Below, piece by piece: positions 59,039 through 64,000 of a stretch of DNA of 64,000 bases. Source of the stretch: Heptranchias perlo (Eukaryota); NCBI RefSeq assembly GCF_035084215.1, contig NW_027139453.1, positions 8,680,001-8,744,000 on the forward strand. The letters run 5' to 3'. The number at the start of each line of letters is the position of its first letter. Position 1 is the first letter of the stretch. Both the position numbers and the translations under genes were made by a program. The notes beneath the pieces are model-generated. The model was not told the DNA's origin, did not search any database, and worked only from the letters and a program-made list of their open reading frames with translations.

Positions 59039-61783
59039 TTAAAAACAGATAACATTTGTTCGCTGGTGGGGTAACGTGTAGCGTGACATGAACCCAAGAT
59101 CCCGGTTGAGGCCGTCCTCATGGGTGCGGAACTTGGCTATCAATTTCTGCTCGACAATTTTGCGTTGTCGTGTGTCTCGAAGGCCGCCTTGGAGTACGCT
59201 TACCCGAAGGTCGGTGGATGAATGTCCATGACTGCTGAAGTGTTCCCCGACTGGGAGGGAACCCTCCTGTTTGGCGATTGTTGCGCGGTGTCCGTTCATC
59301 CGTTGTCGCAGCGTCTGCATGGTCTCGCCAATGTACCATGCTCTGGGGCATCCTTTCCTGCAACGTATGAGGTAGACAACGTTGGCTGAGTCACAGGAGT
59401 ATGAACCATGCACCTGGTGGGTGGTGTCATCTCGTGTGATGGTGGTATCTGTGTCGATGATCTGGCATGTCTTGCAGAGGTTACCGTGGCAGGGTTGTGT
59501 GGCGTCGTGGACGCTGTTCTCTTGAAAGCTAGGTAGTTTGCTGCGAACGATGGTCTGTTTGAGGTTGGGTGGCTGTTTAAAGGCGAGTAGTGGAGGTGTG
59601 GGGATGGCCATAGCGAGGTGTTTGTCCTCATTGATGACATGTTGAAGGCTGCGGAGAACATGGCGTAGTTTCTCCGCTCCGGGGAAGTACTGGACGACAA
59701 AGGGTACTCTGTTGGTTGCGTCCCGTGTTAGTCTCCTGAGGAGGTCTATGCGATTTTTTGCTGTGGCCCGTCGGAACTGTCGATCGATGAGTCGAGCGTC
59801 ATATCCCGTTCTTACTAGGGCGTCTTTCAGCGTCTGTAGTTGTCCATCGCGTTCCTCCTCGTCTGAGCAGACCCTGTGTATTCGCAGGGCCTGTCCATAG
59901 GGGATGGCCTCTTTGACGTGGTTAGGGTGGAAGCTGGAAAAGTGGAGCATCGTGAGGTTGTCCGTGGGCTTGCGGTAGAGTGAGGTGCTGAGGTGCCCGT
60001 CTTTGATGGAGATTCGTGTGTCCAAGAAAGAAACTGATTCTGAGGAGTAGTCCATGGTGAGCTTGATGGTGGGATGGAACTTGTTGATGTTATCGTGTAG
60101 TCTCTTTAGTGATTCCTTGCCGTGGGTCCATAGAAAGAAAATGTCGTCGATGTATCTGGTGTATAGTGTTGGTTGGAGGTCTTGTGCAGTGAAGAAGTCC
60201 TGCTCGAACTTGTGCATGAAAATGTTGGCGTATTGGGGTGCGAATTTGGTCCCCATGGCTGTTCCGTGTGTTTGGGTAAAGAACTGGTTATCGAAGGTGA
60301 AGACATTGTGATCCAGGATGAAGCGGATGAGTTGTAGGATGGCTTCCGGAGATTGGCTGTTGTTGGTGTTGAGTATTGATGCTGTCGCAGCGATGCCGTC
60401 ATCGTGGGGGATACTGGTGTATAGTGCCGAGACGTCCATCGTGGTGAGAAGTGTTCCTGGTTCAACTGGTCCGTGGGTACTGAGTTTTTGTAGGAAGTCT
60501 GTAGTGTCACGACAGAAGCTGGGGGTTCCCTGTACGATGGGTTTCAGGATGCCCTCGATGTATCCAGAGAGGTTCTCACACAGGGTTCCGTTGCCTGATA
60601 CGATGGGACGTCCGGGTGTGTTGGCTTTGTGTATCTTTGGGAGGCAGTAGAAGTCTCCCACGCGGGGAGAACGTAGGATGAGAGCGCGTAGGATGCTTTG
60701 AAGGTCTGGATCGAAGGTCTTGATCAGTTTGTTGAGCTGGTGGGTGTGTTCTTTGGTCGGATCTGCGGGTAACCGTCTGTAGTGTTCCTGGTTGTCCAGT
60801 TGTCGGTATGCTTCTTTGCAATAGTCTGTTCTGTTCTGTATGACTATGGCTCCTCCTTTGTCCGCTGGTTTGATGACGATGTTGCGGTTGGTCTTGAGAG
60901 CGTTGATGGCGTTGCGTTGTGCTCGGGTGACATTCTGGACTGTCTTCTGAGTGCGGCTGATGAATCTGGCATTGACGCATTTCCTGACAGCTTGAGCATA
61001 CATGTCCAGCTGAGGGCAGCGACCCTCCGGAGGAGTCCAGTTTGACTCTTTCCTCTTCGGTTGCTGTACCGCGGATCCCTCTGTCTGCTGTTCCGGATCG
61101 TCGATTGTCTCATTGGGTTCGCTGCTGAAATCTTGGGGTTTGTGGTAGAATTCCCGGAGCCTCATTCTCCTGATGAATTCCTCTGTGTCCGCCGCGAGAC
61201 TAGTGGGGTCCATTTTGGTAGTGGGGCAGAAATTGAGCCCTCGGCTGAGAACTTCGATTTCGTCTGGTTGAAGGGTGTCGTCGGATAAATTGACAATAGA
61301 CTTCCCTGTGGTTGCAACCGTGGTACCAGGGGAAGCTTGGTCGTTGCTGGTGGTGATGCCGAGTTTCTCAAGCTTCCTGCTCTTGGTTTTCATGTAGGCA
61401 GCGTAGTTCCGTTGCCTCGTCTGTTTGGCGGTATAACGTAGCTGGTCTGCTGTGTCCTGAGTACAGGTTGAGAGTATGGACTCTATCTTGGTTTCGAGGT
61501 TGTGGCGTCTGCTGTAGAGTTGGTGTATGAGATGGTTGCGGAGTGTGCGAGAGGTACGGCGGCAGAGTCTCTCAGCGTAATCCGAGTTGTATGTGGACTT
61601 GAGTGGGTTCGTGATCTGGAGTCCTTTCGGGATCTTGTCTGCTTTCTTGCAGCTCTGTAAAAACTTGATGTCTGTGTCTAAATGCGCGATCTTCTTGGAT
61701 ATCCTTTCCACTGTGAGCCGGCAGTTTGTGGTGTCGATGGTAGTCATGATGTGGAGATGCCGGTGATGGACTGGGGTTGACAA
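59039..61783 (-). CDS. Penelope-like RT + GIY-YIG endonuclease, intact ORF (914 codons)
   Basis: Same motifs; differs from the first unit at only a few residues. Confidence 0.93.
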   Translation of the reverse strand: MSTPVHHRHLHIMTTIDTTNCRLTVERISKKIAHLDTDIKFLQSCKKADKIPKGLQITNPLKSTYNSDYAERLCRRTSRTLRNHLIHQLYSRRHNLETKIESILSTCTQDTADQLRYTAKQTRQRNYAAYMKTKSRKLEKLGITTSNDQASPGTTVATTGKSIVNLSDDTLQPDEIEVLSRGLNFCPTTKMDPTSLAADTEEFIRRMRLREFYHKPQDFSSEPNETIDDPEQQTEGSAVQQPKRKESNWTPPEGRCPQLDMYAQAVRKCVNARFISRTQKTVQNVTRAQRNAINALKTNRNIVIKPADKGGAIVIQNRTDYCKEAYRQLDNQEHYRRLPADPTKEHTHQLNKLIKTFDPDLQSILRALILRSPRVGDFYCLPKIHKANTPGRPIVSGNGTLCENLSGYIEGILKPIVQGTPSFCRDTTDFLQKLSTHGPVEPGTLLTTMDVSALYTSIPHDDGIAATASILNTNNSQSPEAILQLIRFILDHNVFTFDNQFFTQTHGTAMGTKFAPQYANIFMHKFEQDFFTAQDLQPTLYTRYIDDIFFLWTHGKESLKRLHDNINKFHPTIKLTMDYSSESVSFLDTRISIKDGHLSTSLYRKPTDNLTMLHFSSFHPNHVKEAIPYGQALRIHRVCSDEEERDGQLQTLKDALVRTGYDARLIDRQFRRATAKNRIDLLRRLTRDATNRVPFVVQYFPGAEKLRHVLRSLQHVINEDKHLAMAIPTPPLLAFKQPPNLKQTIVRSKLPSFQENSVHDATQPCHGNLCKTCQIIDTDTTITRDDTTHQVHGSYSCDSANVVYLIRCRKGCPRAWYIGETMQTLRQRMNGHRATIAKQEGSLPVGEHFSSHGHSSTDLRVSVLQGGLRDTRQRKIVEQKLIAKFRTHEDGLNRDLGFMSRYTLPHQRTNVICF

Positions 61784-61834
61784 TTGTAAACAATTTTACA
61801 ACACCAAGTTATAGTCCAGCAATTTTATTTTAAA

Positions 61835-61873
61835 TTCACAAGCTTTCGGAGATTTTCTCCTTCCTCAGGCAAA
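61835..61873 (-). ncRNA. Minimal hammerhead motif (unit 3)
   Basis: Identical to 55662-55700. Confidence 0.65.
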
Positions 61874-64000
61874 TGTTTCAAGATCTCCTTGAAGCCTACG
61901 CATTTATACATATTGAACAATAAAACATGGTGTTTACAGACTGCCCCTGCAACTGCCCGTTGCCAAGGCAATCACCGTGTTCAGACAGAGAGGTGTTACC
62001 TGCAGAACCTCCGAATACACATTCAACAAAAAAACAAACAGGGAAAAAAAACAGAGAAAAAAAAAACACAGAGAGAGGCAGAAACATCCGGAAGGCAGAG
62101 AGAGCCAGCAAATGACCCATTATATTAAAAACAGATAACATTTGTTCGCTGGTGGGGTAACGTGTAGCGTGACATGAACCCAAGATCCCGGTTGAGGCCG
62201 TCCTCATGGGTGCGGAACTTGGCTATCAATTTCTGCTCGACAATTTTGCGTTGTCGTGTGTCTCGAAGGCCGCCTTGGAGTACGCTTACCCGAAGGTCGG
62301 TGGATGAATGTCCATGACTGCTGAAGTGTTCCCCGACTGGGAGGGAACCCTCCTGTTTGGCGATTGTTGCGCGGTGTCCGTTCATCCGTTGTCGCAGCGT
62401 CTGCATGGTCTCGCCAATGTACCATGCTCTGGGGCATCCTTTCCTGCAACGTATGAGGTAGACAACGTTGGCTGAGTCACAGGAGTATGAACCATGCACC
62501 TGGTGGGTGGTGTCATCTCGTGTGATGGTGGTATCTGTGTCGATGATCTGGCATGTCTTGCAGAGGTTACCGTGGCAGGGTTGTGTGGCGTCGTGGACGC
62601 TGTTCTCTTGAAAGCTAGGTAGTTTGCTGCGAACGATGGTCTGTTTGAGGTTGGGTGGCTGTTTAAAGGCGAGTAGTGGAGGTGTGGGGATGGCCATAGC
62701 GAGGTGTTTGTCCTCATTGATGACATGTTGAAGGCTGCGGAGAACATGGCGTAGTTTCTCCGCTCCGGGGAAGTACTGGACGACAAAGGGTACTCTGTTG
62801 GTTGCGTCCCGTGTTAGTCTCCTGAGGAGGTCTATGCGATTTTTTGCTGTGGCCCGTCGGAACTGTCGATCGATCTTGTTGTACAACTTCAACAAGACAT
62901 CCCAACTGTCGATCTTGTTGTACAACTTCAACAAGACATCCCAACTCCTGTATTCAATGTTCTGACCAATGAAACCAAGCAAGCTGAATGCCTTCTTCAC
63001 CACCCTATCCACCTGTGACTCCACTTTCAAGGAGCTATGAACCTGTACTCCTAGATCTCATTGTTCTACAACTCTCCCCAACGCCCTACCATTAACGGAG
63101 TAGGTCCTGGCCCGATTCGATCTCCCAAAATGCATCACCTCACATTTATCTAAATTAAACTCCATCTGCCATTCATCGGCCCACTGGCCCAATTTATCAA
63201 GATCCCGTTGCAATCCTAGATAACCTTCTTCACTGTCCACGATGCCACCAATCTTGGTGTCATCTGCAAACTTACTAACCATGCCTCCTAAATTCTCATC
63301 CAAATCATTAATATAAATAACAAATAACAGCGGACCCAGCACCGATCCCTGAGGCACACCGCTGGTCACAGGCCTCCAATTTGTAAAACAACCCTCTGCA
63401 CCCACCCTCTGTCTTCTGTCGTCAAGCCAATGTTGTATCCAATTGGCTACCTCACCTTGGATCCCGTGAGATTTAACCTTATGTAACAACCTACCATGCG
63501 GTACCTTGCCAAAGGCTTTGCTAAAGTCCATGTAGACCCCGTCTACTGCACAGCCCTCATCTATCTTCTTTGTTACCCCTTCAAAAAACTCAATCAAATT
63601 CGTGAGACATGATTTTCCTCTCACAAAACCATGCTGACTGTTCCTAATCAGTCCCTGCCTCTCCAAATGCCCGTAGATCCTGTCTCTCAGAATACCCTCT
63701 AACAACTTACCCACTACAGATGTTAGGCTCACCGGTCTGTAGTTCCCAGGCTTTTCCTTGCCGCCCTTCTTAAACAAAGGCACAACATTTGCTCCCCTCC
63801 AATCTTCAGGCACCTCACCTGTAGCGGTGGATGATTCAAATATCTCTGGTAGATAAATGTGTCATTCTCAGGGTGGCAGGCTGTAACTAGTGGAATGGTG
63901 CAAGGATCAGTGCTTGGGCCTCAGCTGCTTAGAATCTATATTAATGACTTAGATGAAGGGACCGAGTGTAATGTATACAGGTTTGCTGACGATACATAGC

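Larger units (their letters stand above)
55611..62874 (-). mobile_element. Head-to-tail Penelope-like array: full units 55611-58698 and 58699-61783 plus 5'-truncated unit 61784-62874
   Basis: ~3085-bp period, nearly identical units; putative 14-bp target duplication TTGTACAACTTCAA at 55597-55610 and 62879-62892. Confidence 0.95.
55023..63850 (-). mobile_element. Young 5'-truncated CR1, split by the Penelope array (55023-55610 and ~62879-63850)
   Basis: ORFs 55110-55610 and 63058-63813 closely match ORF2 at 12281; tail at 55023-55040. Confidence 0.9.
54785..64000 (+). mobile_element. Old CR1 fragment split by insertions (54785-55024 and 63851-64000)
   Basis: DVVYLDFQKAFDKVPH on the left continues as ..QGSVLGPQL..INDLDEG..FADD on the right. 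Confidence 0.7.

Noticed and set aside
56033-61793. Numerous overlapping alternative-frame ORFs in Penelope units
   Set aside because: Repeated only because the units are near-identical; no independent coding evidence
1-64000. CRISPR arrays, operons or rRNA
   Set aside because: Eukaryotic sequence; no short regularly spaced repeats or rRNA similarity seen

Overview
Vertebrate genomic DNA, most likely a cartilaginous fish (inferred from the repeat families and V-gene style). 1-29 kb is a tandem + strand array of unrearranged T-cell receptor V segments strongly resembling mammalian TRBV30/Trbv31 (CTVEGTSNP.MYWYRQ ... YYCAWS). Each has a conserved promoter, a 37-nt leader exon, a CT-rich intron, a 296-nt V exon and a 23-bp-spacer RSS. 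There are four apparently intact genes, one truncated by the window edge and four pseudogenes, interspersed with CR1 LINEs (two near full length). 31-36.5 kb and 55.6-62.9 kb hold Penelope-like retroelements (RT + GIY-YIG), each 3' region carrying a minimal hammerhead ribozyme motif; the second cluster is a young head-to-tail array nested inside CR1s. 36.6-48.5 kb is a decayed tRNA gene cluster: one intact intron-containing tRNA-Ile(TAT) plus Gly, Lys, Pro, Leu and Val relics, with several inverted duplications. No D, J or C segments were recognised. Best leads: a perfect AP-1 site overlapping the V RSS heptamers, a U_UUA_AAC slippery site joining CR1 ORF1 to ORF2, covarying hammerheads in divergent Penelope 3' UTRs, and an intron-like insert in tRNA-Lys(TTT). 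All coordinates were read by eye.
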